Assembly (NCBI GenBank): GCA_051867615.1
Contig: JBJDYU010000055.1
Location: 1-32,000 of the forward strand
Direction: 5' to 3'
Source of the DNA: Oscillospiraceae bacterium
Lineage (GTDB): Bacteria > Bacillota > Clostridia > Oscillospirales > Oscillospiraceae
Length of the DNA: 32,000 bases
Shown here: positions 16,015 to 23,375 of the stretch, one piece after another
Layout: every line of letters starts with the position of its first letter
Position numbering within the stretch: position 1 is the stretch's first letter
Notes under the pieces: model-generated
Told to the model about the DNA's origin: nothing
Database searches by the model: none
Seen by the model: only the letters and a program-made list of their open reading frames with translations
Program-made: the position numbers and the translations under genes

Positions 16015-17780
16015 TTACAGGCGCGCGTCAAACAGGCCGCAGAAGCTGTCGATGGGGTCGATCCCCTGAAACGCCGCCGGGCCTTTCATCAGCTTCTCCA
16101 CCAGCGCGTCCACGGTCGCTTCTCTGGAGTCGTAGGTGTTGATATAGGTGCGGGCCTGCGGAATATCCGCCAGCATGGTGGGCGATCCGCAGCCGATGAC
16201 GATCACCGGCACCTCGAATACGTACCAGGGGATCTCGCCGCCGCCCTTGGAAAGCCCAAAGCAGGGACGGCCCGAGGTGACGTCGCAGACCGTGAGCACC
16301 ACGTCCATCCGCGAAGTAAACTCCCCAATGGCGCTTTTTCCTGCAAAGAACTCATTGAAATCCGGTTTCTGCCCGGCTTCCGCCTGACGCTTCATCTTAT
16401 CCAGAGGATTCTCGTAGACAAAGACCTCGAAGCCCTTGTCCGTCAGCTTTTGCCGCAGCAGCTCCACCGGGCTGCCGCCGCCCATACCCACCGCCTTCAT
16501 CAGGGCGGTCATGCCGCTCTCCGCGCCCTTGACATGGACCAGCATGACGCGCTTATACCGCTGGGGCGTGAGCGGGAGAACGTCCTCGTCCTTGTATTTG
16601 ACCAGCGTGATCCCCTTTTCACTGATGGCTCTTTGCGTCTCGCGGTATTCCGGTTTCCGCAGGGCCGAGACATGGCCTCCTCAGAGGGCACAAGCTGTTC
16701 CGGCTTTTTCCTGTGAAGGCCCATGTGCGCCTTCAGGCCGAGGATGCGCGTCAGCGCCTCCTGCATCCGCTCCTCAGAGATAGTGCCATTGCGGTAAGCG
16801 TCCAGCATGACGGCAAAATCCTCGTCCGGGTCATTGAAGAACAGCAGCATATCGCAGCCCGCGTTGATGGCCGCGGGAAGCATATCGCTGCGCTTCATGC
16901 GGCAGGTCATGCCCACCATATGGGTGGCGTCCGTGATGACCAGTCCGTTGAAGCCCAGCTGCCGGCGCAGCAGGTCGGTGATGATCTCGGAGCTGAGCGT
17001 CGCGGGCATCATGTCCTCGTCTTTCAGTGCGCCGTTGAGGGCTTTTGCCACCTTGGGCAGCATGATATGGCCGGCCATGACCGCTTCCAGTCCGTTTTGG
17101 AACAGGGCCTTGTAGACCCTGCCGTAGGCGGCGTTCCATTCCTGCAGGTCAAAGCCGTTGACGTTGTTGGACAGGTGGGCGTCCCGGAAGTCCAGGCCGT
17201 TGCCGGGAAAATGCTTGGCGGCGCAGACGAAGCCTTCGATGGTGTGCGCCCCCTTCAGGTATTCGCAGCTCATTTCCGCCACCTGCTCCGGGTCGCTGCC
17301 GAAGGCCCGGGAGATCACCTCCGTGTTCTCCCAGTTATAAGATATATCGCAGACCGGCGCGAAGGCCATGTTGCAGCCCACCGCCGCCGCTTCCTCATTG
17401 GCCATTTTCCCCAGGGCGTAAGCGAACTTCTTCTCCCCGGTGGCGCCGATCTTGATGCCGGAGCCGAGGTAAGTCCCGTCGCTGCAGGCGTTGTCTCCGC
17501 CGGACTCCGTGTTGCAGGCGATGAACAGCGGAATACGGGAAAACCGCTGCAATATCTCGTTGTGGTTCCGGATCACCGCGCCGGGCGCGGTATTGTACCG
17601 GCATCCGCCCAGACGGTATTTCGCCGTCAGCTCTTTCAGATATGCTTCGTCATAGGAGGACGATATCCCGAAGAAAAGCTGCCCGATCTTTTCCTCGTCG
17701 CTCATATGGGCGATGGTCTCCCCGACCCAGCGGCAGTCCTCATCCGAGAGGCAGAAAGGCTTCGCTTTCAGGTCGGTCAC
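16015..17780 (-). pseudogene. Glycoside hydrolase family 3 (NagZ / beta-hexosaminidase-like, two-domain), interrupted by a -1 frameshift
   Basis: The GTG at 17780 (AAGGAGG 6 nt upstream) overlaps the upstream stop as GTGA. The N-terminal domain has KHFPGNG and GLVITDA. After ...LVPSEEAMS the frame degenerates, and the true continuation ALRKPEYRETQRAISEKGITLVKYKDEDVLPLTPQRYKRVMLVHVKG... (GH3 C-terminal domain, ORF 16015..16545) is in another frame. Total length is 1766 nt, one short of a multiple of three. Confidence 0.8.
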
Positions 17781-18313
17781 AGCGTTCCCTCCTTCGTAAA
17801 GATGGCGGCCACAATGTCGATGACCGCCTCCACGATCAGGATCACCGCGATAAAGCCCCACAGCACCGCCGTGGTGCTGAAAGGATTGCGCAGGATGACC
17901 CCAGCGCAGACGATGGTCAGGGCCGCGCTGAGCGCCGCCCAGCCCCACTTCAGCTTCAGGCGGATGCGGTCCACCGTCCACTGCACCTTGGCCACGCCCG
18001 TCACCAGCGTCCCGACGCCGTAAAGGATGGTCAGCAGCGGGAACGTGGCGATGAACCAGCCGCTGTTCAGGACGCAGAACAGGCCCGCCAGGATCGCAAG
18101 GCAGCCCCGGGTCAGGCTCTGCCTGAGCGCCGCCACTTCCGCCGGCGTTCTGAAATACTGCACGACGCTGGCAATGCCCAGAATAAGAAGGACGATCCCC
18201 AGGAAGATAATGATGCCGGTGGTGAAGCCCACCGGGTTGACCAGCAGAAGGATGCCGACCACCGCTTCGCACAGAGACAGGATCACGCTGCTTACTTTGG
18301 ATGACGTCTTCAT
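17777..18313 (-). CDS. HdeD/DUF308-family membrane protein
   Basis: ORF 17777..18361. Preferred ATG at 18313 follows GGGAGG. It has six hydrophobic helices with the repeated pattern GILLLVNP / GVILRNPF typical of DUF308. Confidence 0.8.
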   Translation of the reverse strand: MKTSSKVSSVILSLCEAVVGILLLVNPVGFTTGIIIFLGIVLLILGIASVVQYFRTPAEVAALRQSLTRGCLAILAGLFCVLNSGWFIATFPLLTILYGVGTLVTGVAKVQWTVDRIRLKLKWGWAALSAALTIVCAGVILRNPFSTTAVLWGFIAVILIVEAVIDIVAAIFTKEGTL

Positions 18314-18354
18314 GTTTTTCCTCCCATTTCTTTTTCGTACAGGCAGTTTTGTGT

Positions 18355-18383
18355 TTGACAAGCTCTGATGCCCACATTATAAT
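18355..18383 (+). promoter_or_regulatory. Consensus sigma-70 promoter for the TetR gene
   Basis: TTGACA (18355-18360), 17-nt spacer, TATAAT (18378-18383). It lies ~105 nt upstream of the ATG at 18488. Confidence 0.7.
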
Positions 18384-18404
18384 AGACATATGTTGAGTTT
18401 ACAA
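18376..18404 (-). promoter_or_regulatory. Candidate divergent promoter for the hdeD-like/GH3 genes, sharing the -10 palindrome
   Basis: Minus strand: TTGTAA (18404-18399), 17-nt spacer, TATAAT (18381-18376). The palindrome ATTATAAT at 18376-18383 supplies the -10 hexamer on both strands. Confidence 0.5.
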
Positions 18405-18436
18405 CAAACAGATGATTTTGTTTTGACGCGAAACCG

Positions 18437-18455
18437 ACAGACAGCCGCCGTCTGT
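18437..18455 (+). promoter_or_regulatory. Inverted repeat in the TetR leader (possible operator or leader hairpin)
   Basis: ACAGAC-N7-GTCTGT (18437-18442 / 18450-18455), located between the promoter and the TetR start codon. Confidence 0.35.
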
Positions 18456-18487
18456 TGCATTTGCAGGCGGCCACGGAGAAAAAGCCA

Positions 18488-19081
18488 ATGAAAACGAAAG
18501 AAAATCAAAGGATCGCGCTGACAAAGCGTCTGCTGAAAGAAAGTCTGCTCCGGCTCATGCCGGAAAAGAGCATTCAGCGCATCACGGTCAGCGAGCTGTG
18601 CGAGGCGTCGGAGATCAACCGCTCCACTTTTTATAACCACTACGGATGCCCGGCCGACGTGCTGAAAGAGATCGAAACGGACGTGATAGCCGATCTGGAG
18701 CGGATATGGGACACGGAGGGCGCGGAGAAAAACTGGCCGATGAACAGGCGGGTCGAGGCCCTGTGCGCCTATTTGCTGGAGCACCGGCAGGTCGCTATGC
18801 TGCTGCTCCGGGACAGCGACACAAACTCCGAGTTCGCCACCTTACTGTCTCAGGCTGCCCATGTTCGGGCCATTTATGAGCAGCTCCTGTCTCATGTTGA
18901 AAATCCGGACAGCAAGCAGCTGATGACGACTTTTCTGACCACCGGGACCTACCACATGATCCGCCAGTGGCTTCTGGAGGACATTCCCAAAACGCCGAAA
19001 GAGATGGGCGACCTGGTCTATCTGGTGGCAACGCAGGGCTGGGAAAGAAGCGCTGCGCCAAAAGTCCAAAAGCAAAACTGA
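18488..19081 (+). CDS. TetR/AcrR family transcriptional regulator
   Basis: ORF 18455..19081. Preferred ATG at 18488. N-terminal HTH is IQRITVSELCEASEINRSTFYNHY. Confidence 0.9.
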   Translation: MKTKENQRIALTKRLLKESLLRLMPEKSIQRITVSELCEASEINRSTFYNHYGCPADVLKEIETDVIADLERIWDTEGAEKNWPMNRRVEALCAYLLEHRQVAMLLLRDSDTNSEFATLLSQAAHVRAIYEQLLSHVENPDSKQLMTTFLTTGTYHMIRQWLLEDIPKTPKEMGDLVYLVATQGWERSAAPKVQKQN

Positions 19082-19105
19082 ATGCGGAGAAGCAGGCTAT
19101 AACAA

Positions 19106-19149
19106 AAGGCCGCACAGGGCAAGCAGCCCTGTGCGGCCTTTAGGTTTTT
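19106..19149. terminator. Bidirectional rho-independent terminator between convergent genes
   Basis: 14-bp perfect stem AAGGCCGCACAGGG (19106-19119) / CCCTGTGCGGCCTT (19127-19140), followed by TAGGTTTTT. An A-rich stretch on the left serves the minus-strand dehydrogenase gene. Confidence 0.85.
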
Positions 19150-19177
19150 CGCCTGTTTGTTCAGGGCGCGGCGACGC

Positions 19178-20212
19178 TCAGCACATTTTGATCACCACGT
19201 TCCCGGCATGATCCACGTCCGCCGCCGTCCGGATGGCGGCGGCCAGCTCATCCAGCGAAAGCTCATGGGTGATGATGCTCTCCAGGTCCCATCTGCCGCA
19301 GGTCATGATCTTCTGCACGTCCCGCACATCCTCCGGCATATAGCCGCCGGAACCGATGATGCTCTGCTGGGCATAGGTCATGTGCAGCAGATCCAGCTTC
19401 CTCGGCATATTGTTGACCGCCACAGAAACAAACCGGCTCTCAATTTTTCCAAGGCGCAGGAAGTCCTCCAGAATGCTTTCCGCTCCCGCCGCGTCCAGCC
19501 AGCAGTCGATATCGGCGGTCTCTCCGTTTAAGGATGGCGCCGCTCCAAAGAAAGACAGCGCTTTCGCTGAAAAGTCCTCTCTTGCCGGGTTGCAGGTCGC
19601 AAAGCCAAGCCCCTCCGCCAGCTTCAGGCGGTAGTCCGAACGGTCGCAGAGCATCACCCGGTCCATGCCGAAATACTGAAACGCCACGGCGGCGGCCAGG
19701 CCGATGGTTCCGCAGCCGAATACGACAGCAGACTGTCCCGGCACATACCGGCCCGGACCCGCCGGGATCATCCCGCGTCTGGCGGCCCGGCAGCCCACAG
19801 TGAACGGTTCGATCAGACTGGCGAGGCGGTCAGAGATCCTCTCGTCCACCGGGTACAGGGAATGGTTCTTTCGGGCGTTCGGGATCAGGATATACTCCGA
19901 AAAACCGCCGATGGTCCCCGCCCGTCTGGTGTCGTCTTTGGCGTACCGCGGATAGGGATAGACCCGCTCCCCTACGGAGAACTCCGTCACATTCCTGCCG
20001 GTGCGGACGACCCGCGAAACCGTCTCATGGCCGAACTCTCCGCCCACCGTGACCCGGTGGCCGGTATTCGGGCCGCGGGAAAAGACCGCCACATCCGTCC
20101 CGCAGATGCTGGAATACAGGTTCTGCACCAGCACGTCGTTGTCTCCCACATCCGGCAGCTCCAGCTCCCGGATCTCTATTTCTTCTTTTCCTAAATAAAT
20201 TCCCGCTTTCAT
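19178..20212 (-). CDS. Zinc-dependent medium-chain dehydrogenase/reductase (alcohol/polyol dehydrogenase-like)
   Basis: Catalytic Zn ligand contexts SICGTD and EFGHE; Rossmann motif VVFGCGTIGL. The structural-zinc Cys cluster is absent. The start overlaps the TetR stop (ATGA). Confidence 0.9.
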   Translation of the reverse strand: MKAGIYLGKEEIEIRELELPDVGDNDVLVQNLYSSICGTDVAVFSRGPNTGHRVTVGGEFGHETVSRVVRTGRNVTEFSVGERVYPYPRYAKDDTRRAGTIGGFSEYILIPNARKNHSLYPVDERISDRLASLIEPFTVGCRAARRGMIPAGPGRYVPGQSAVVFGCGTIGLAAAVAFQYFGMDRVMLCDRSDYRLKLAEGLGFATCNPAREDFSAKALSFFGAAPSLNGETADIDCWLDAAGAESILEDFLRLGKIESRFVSVAVNNMPRKLDLLHMTYAQQSIIGSGGYMPEDVRDVQKIMTCGRWDLESIITHELSLDELAAAIRTAADVDHAGNVVIKMC

Positions 20213-20811
20213 ACATCCTCCTCAGTTTCCTCATGCTGCATGACGCAGCGCTGCATCACGGAGATCACATGGTCGATGGAGTCCGCGCAGTCCCCTTTTA
20301 GCCACTGTGTGATGACCGCCATCAGCCCATGGACATAAAAGGCCATCATGTACTCCCTGTCCTGCTCCGGCACACGGAAGCGCTCCAGAATGGGCATGAA
20401 AACGTGCCGGAGCATACGGTCATATGTGTCCTCGGCACGAAAAACAGCCGGCTTTCTCACCGCCGCGGAAAAGAGCCGTTTGTGCTCTCTGATATATTCG
20501 AGGTATGGCGTCAGATACTCCGGCGTCACCAGATACAGCTCGCGCAGCGGGCAGTCATGGAGCTTTGCCACAAGCGCGTCTTTGCCCGGCCTCATATGCG
20601 CCAGGAACTGCTCGTTCAGGTATTGGATGCACTCCGTCAGCAGGTCTCCGATGGTCTCATAGTGCAGATAGAAGGTGGAGCGGTTGACGCCGGCTTTCTC
20701 GCAGAGCTCCTTCACTGTGATGTACTCGAAATCCTTCTTCTCCAGCAGGCTCAGAAACGCCTCGTCCATCCGCGCGGCTGTGTTGAAATACTTGCTCTCT
20801 GATTTATTCAT
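20209..20811 (-). CDS. TetR/AcrR family transcriptional regulator
   Basis: ORF 20209..20883. Preferred ATG at 20811 (MNKSESKYFNTAARMDEAF...). HTH is ITVKELCEKAGVNRSTFYLHY. Confidence 0.9.
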   Translation of the reverse strand: MNKSESKYFNTAARMDEAFLSLLEKKDFEYITVKELCEKAGVNRSTFYLHYETIGDLLTECIQYLNEQFLAHMRPGKDALVAKLHDCPLRELYLVTPEYLTPYLEYIREHKRLFSAAVRKPAVFRAEDTYDRMLRHVFMPILERFRVPEQDREYMMAFYVHGLMAVITQWLKGDCADSIDHVISVMQRCVMQHEETEEDV

Positions 20812-20905
20812 TGGTCTGCACCTTCTTTCCTGCTCCGGCGGCGTGCGCCGGCATATATACGGCAATGGCGGTAACGGCTCCACGCACAGAGCCAGCCGTC
20901 ATGGC

Positions 20906-21259
20906 TCAGCTCTCGCTGATCTCCCTTGCAAGCTGTATGATCTCAAACGCATATTTCTGCTTGCCCCTGGCCAGCAGCTTTTTATAAACCGGGTAGTTCA
21001 CGCCCATGCCCACCAGCCCGGCTAGGCCGAGGACAATGCCCAGGACAAACACGGCGGCGGTGCCGCTGCCGATCACCTTCATGGAAAGGCACATACCCAC
21101 GCCCGTGACGAGCGCGGCGATCATGCCGAAGGTGTAGGTGAAAACCGTGGCCGGGAGCTTGGCCCGGGCGTCCAGCTTGCGAAGGGCCACCACTTTGGAG
21201 GCGTCCTTGGGCGCGTATTCGTTGGCGAGCTGCTCCGCATAGAGCTTATCTGTGTTCAT
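20906..21259 (-). CDS. Small membrane protein of unknown function (2 TM)
   Basis: 117 aa. GGAGG precedes the ATG at 21259. It has a soluble N-terminus, then two hydrophobic helices (TVFTYTFGMIAALVTGVGMCLSM, AAVFVLGIVLGLAGLVGMGV). I recognise no motif. Confidence 0.7.
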   Translation of the reverse strand: MNTDKLYAEQLANEYAPKDASKVVALRKLDARAKLPATVFTYTFGMIAALVTGVGMCLSMKVIGSGTAAVFVLGIVLGLAGLVGMGVNYPVYKKLLARGKQKYAFEIIQLAREISES

Positions 21260-21372
21260 GGCTGTTGCCTCCTTCCTTTGATGCTCTCAGCATAGCAGAG
21301 GCGGCCGGGCAGCAGAACAACACAGAGGACGCAATCTGTTGCGTTCAAAAATATCACAGTTTTTTCTTTTTC

Positions 21373-21401
21373 AGTATACCACAAGCCGGGCGTTTTGTCG
21401 G
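21373..21401 (-). promoter_or_regulatory. Candidate promoter for the small-membrane-protein/TetR/dehydrogenase genes
   Basis: Minus strand: CCGACA (21401-21396), 17-nt spacer, extended -10 TGgTATACT (hexamer 21378-21373). Confidence 0.4.
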
Positions 21402-21425
21402 GAAATCCATGACAGAACGCCACAT

Positions 21426-21459
21426 ATAAAAAGAGGGCGGAGCCTTTCGGCGCTGCCCT
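21426..21459 (-). terminator. Candidate rho-independent terminator after the decayed dehydratase-family gene
   Basis: Minus strand reads AGGGCAGCGCC-GAAA-GGCTCCGCCCT (11-bp stem with 2 mismatches) followed by CTTTTTATAT. Confidence 0.45.
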
Positions 21460-21482
21460 GCTTTTGACTTGTTTGCTCGCAC

Positions 21483-21829
21483 ACCGCCCGCCGCTCTGCT
21501 TCACGACCTCCAGCGCCTTCCGGTACACGCCGCTGATGGGGCAGCCCATGATAAGTATCCGCGGCACACGCGCCGACACCGGGCTTCTCCGGGCAAGGAA
21601 ACGCTCCCGCGCAGCCCGGTTTGCTTCCGTCCGCGCCGCCCTGTCGGGGATGGCGCGGTTCTCCTCCAGCACTGCCAGCAGCTCGCCGCCCGGATGATCT
21701 CAGAGGGCGTATACCGGCAGAAAGCGCCGCAGATCTGCTTGCCGCTCTTCTTCAGCTCCTTGACCTTCAAAGCCTCTGACGCCGCGCGTCCGCAAATTCC
21801 TCAAAATGCTCGGGAAGTGGGACGTCCAT
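21483..21829 (-). pseudogene. Decayed paralogue of the 2-hydroxyacyl-CoA dehydratase/double-cubane family gene (frameshift, internal deletion, 3' truncation)
   Basis: The ATG at 21829 follows AAGGAGAGAAGG and gives MDVPLPEHFEEFADARRQRL*. After a frame change comes KVKELKKSGKQICGAFCRYTPSEIIRAA, and after another, GELLAVLEENRAIPDRAARTEANRAARERFLA...VPRILIMGCPISGVYRKALEVVKQSGG. These pieces align to aa ~5-50 and ~235-290 of the intact gene at 14430..15578. Confidence 0.7.
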
Positions 21830-22122
21830 ATCCTTCTCTCCTTTTCTTTCCGCTGCAGGCCAGCCGTATGCCGCAGCGTCTCAGATCCCGGCAAAAACAT
21901 CCTTTCCCCGGAAGGCATATACACCCGTCCCCTGACGAAAAAATCAGCCGTCACAATAATACCGCCACCCCCCAGCAGTATAAATATTTTCCACTTTCAT
22001 TGAATTTGCAATAAAGCCTCCCTGTTTTCCTGCTGAAATCAATGCCGGTCCGCCTCCTGCGGGCCGCCGCATACGATCATGCGCGGTCCCGGCACATGGG
22101 CGCGGGACTTTGGGAAATCCTG

Positions 22123-22151
22123 TTGAAGCGGGCAGAAAAAAGGGTTATAAT
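22123..22151 (+). promoter_or_regulatory. Near-consensus sigma-70 promoter for the 370-aa orphan gene
   Basis: TTGAAG (22123-22128), 17-nt spacer, TATAAT (22146-22151). AAAGGAGGGG (22197-22205) precedes the GTG at 22211. Confidence 0.7.
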
Positions 22152-22210
22152 AGTCAATATTGTAAGCAAAGCACAGGCGGCATTTCACAAAGCAGAAAGG
22201 AGGGGATGCT

Positions 22211-23323
22211 GTGCCGGTTTCATTGACACGCTTATCCGCGGTGGAGTTTGACCACATCCTGTACGGTCATATGACGCCCGCTATGGCTGCGGCCTATCTG
22301 CACGATGAGAAGATCCCGCTGCGCAGCTTTTCCGAGACGCTCCGGGAGATGTATCCCGGCCCCGACCTTCTCTCCCGGCTGACAGACTATTTCCTCCTGA
22401 CCGATTCCGGCGCCAACCCCCAGTCTCTGGGCAAGAAGCTGCGCAACTGGCTGTCCGGACGCAACCAGCCGGCCAGCCGGAGCGATTTCTTCCGCATCGC
22501 CTTCGCCCTGCGGCTGAGCGAGCAGCAGCTGGACTATCTGCTGGGGCTGTTCACGGACTACGGCATCCAGTACCGGAACGGCTGGGAGGTGGTGTTCGCC
22601 TGGTTTCTGCGCAACGGCTACGGCTATCTGGAGGCGCAGGAGTTTTTCGTCTCCCTCCCTTCGGTGCCGGGGACGGAGCGGGCGGAGAAGAACTGGACCT
22701 CCCGCCTGACCCACGAGCTGCAAAACGAATTCCAGACGATCTCCACCCTGCAGGACCTGCGGGCCTGCTATCTGAAAAACCTGGGCTACTTCGGCTCGCT
22801 GCACCTGCGCAGCTATTACTACTTCGAGCAGTACTTAAACCAGCTCATCCACCCCACCCCGGTGTGGGAGGGGGACTCGGGGCCGGACTACTCCATCGAG
22901 GCCATCACGAACACCTATCTGTCCATGCAGATGCCCTCGGAGCGGAAGCGCTCCCACTACAATCTGGTGCAGAAGCTCATCAAGCAGAACTGGCCCAACG
23001 CCACCGCCATCAAGAACATCCGCAACCATGTGGAGGATGTTCCCCGGAAGCTGCTGCTGTTGCTCTATGTGGTAACGGAGAACTGCGGCGGCGCCGACGC
23101 CCCCTACCGGGAGCTGGACGAGAGCTACATCACGCCGGAGGAGCGGGTGGAGGACCACTGGTGGACGCTGAACGCCATGCTGACGGACTGCGGCATGGCC
23201 CTGCTGGATCCCCGCAATCCCTTTGACTGGCTGATCCTGTACGCCATCTCCGCCGACGAAAGCGAATTTATGAGCGACCGCATGGAGCAGGTCATCGAGT
23301 ATGTGTTTTCCGACGTGAAATAA
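22211..23323 (+). CDS. Hypothetical cytoplasmic protein, 370 aa, possible N-terminal HTH-like segment
   Basis: A long ORF in the coding-like frame with its own promoter, RBS and terminator. KKLRNWLSGRNQPASRSDFFRIAFALRLSEQQLDYLL resembles an XRE-type HTH. There are no TM segments and I recognise no catalytic motif. Confidence 0.8.
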   Translation: MPVSLTRLSAVEFDHILYGHMTPAMAAAYLHDEKIPLRSFSETLREMYPGPDLLSRLTDYFLLTDSGANPQSLGKKLRNWLSGRNQPASRSDFFRIAFALRLSEQQLDYLLGLFTDYGIQYRNGWEVVFAWFLRNGYGYLEAQEFFVSLPSVPGTERAEKNWTSRLTHELQNEFQTISTLQDLRACYLKNLGYFGSLHLRSYYYFEQYLNQLIHPTPVWEGDSGPDYSIEAITNTYLSMQMPSERKRSHYNLVQKLIKQNWPNATAIKNIRNHVEDVPRKLLLLLYVVTENCGGADAPYRELDESYITPEERVEDHWWTLNAMLTDCGMALLDPRNPFDWLILYAISADESEFMSDRMEQVIEYVFSDVK

Positions 23324-23326
23324 GCG

Positions 23327-23361
23327 AACCGCCCCGCGCCAATGGCGCGGGGCGGTTTTTT
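23327..23361. terminator. Rho-independent terminator shared by convergent genes
   Basis: 12-bp GC stem CCGCCCCGCGCC (23329-23340) / GGCGCGGGGCGG (23344-23355) with a 3-nt loop, then TTTTTT (23356-23361). The hairpin lies 15 nt from the kinase stop at 23376. The U-tract is present only for the plus strand. Confidence 0.85.
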
Positions 23362-23375
23362 CTGTGTTTGACCGA

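Noticed and set aside
323-18023. Other long antisense ORFs in the track (e.g. 323..1405+, 1345..2244+, 3779..5335-, 6314..7048-, 8801..10150+, 9885..11000+, 10868..11782+, 11625..12704+, 12893..14419+, 16713..18023+) and 30012..31142+
   Set aside because: Each lies opposite a gene with clear family motifs and proper RBS and start context. The antisense products are compositionally biased (runs of G, A, R, H, Q and D) and lack start-site signals.
17781-18389. N-terminal 200 aa of track ORF 16509..18389 (-)
   Set aside because: This part overlaps the well-supported HdeD/DUF308 gene in another frame and is Arg/Gly/His/Pro-rich nonsense. The GH3 protein starts at the GTG at 17780, directly after an AAGGAGG.
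15620-21995. Shared 8-mer AGTGGAAA (minus strand; plus-strand TTTCCACT at 15620-15627 and 21988-21995) upstream of both the intact and the decayed dehydratase-family genes
   Set aside because: A single 8-mer match is expected by chance about once in 64 kb of two-strand sequence, and the flanking bases do not align well. This is not enough to claim a common operator.
22039-22257. Small ORFs 22039..22257 (-) and 22042..22251 (+)
   Set aside because: They overlap the promoter, RBS and start of the 22211..23323 gene, have no RBS of their own, and have implausible sequence.
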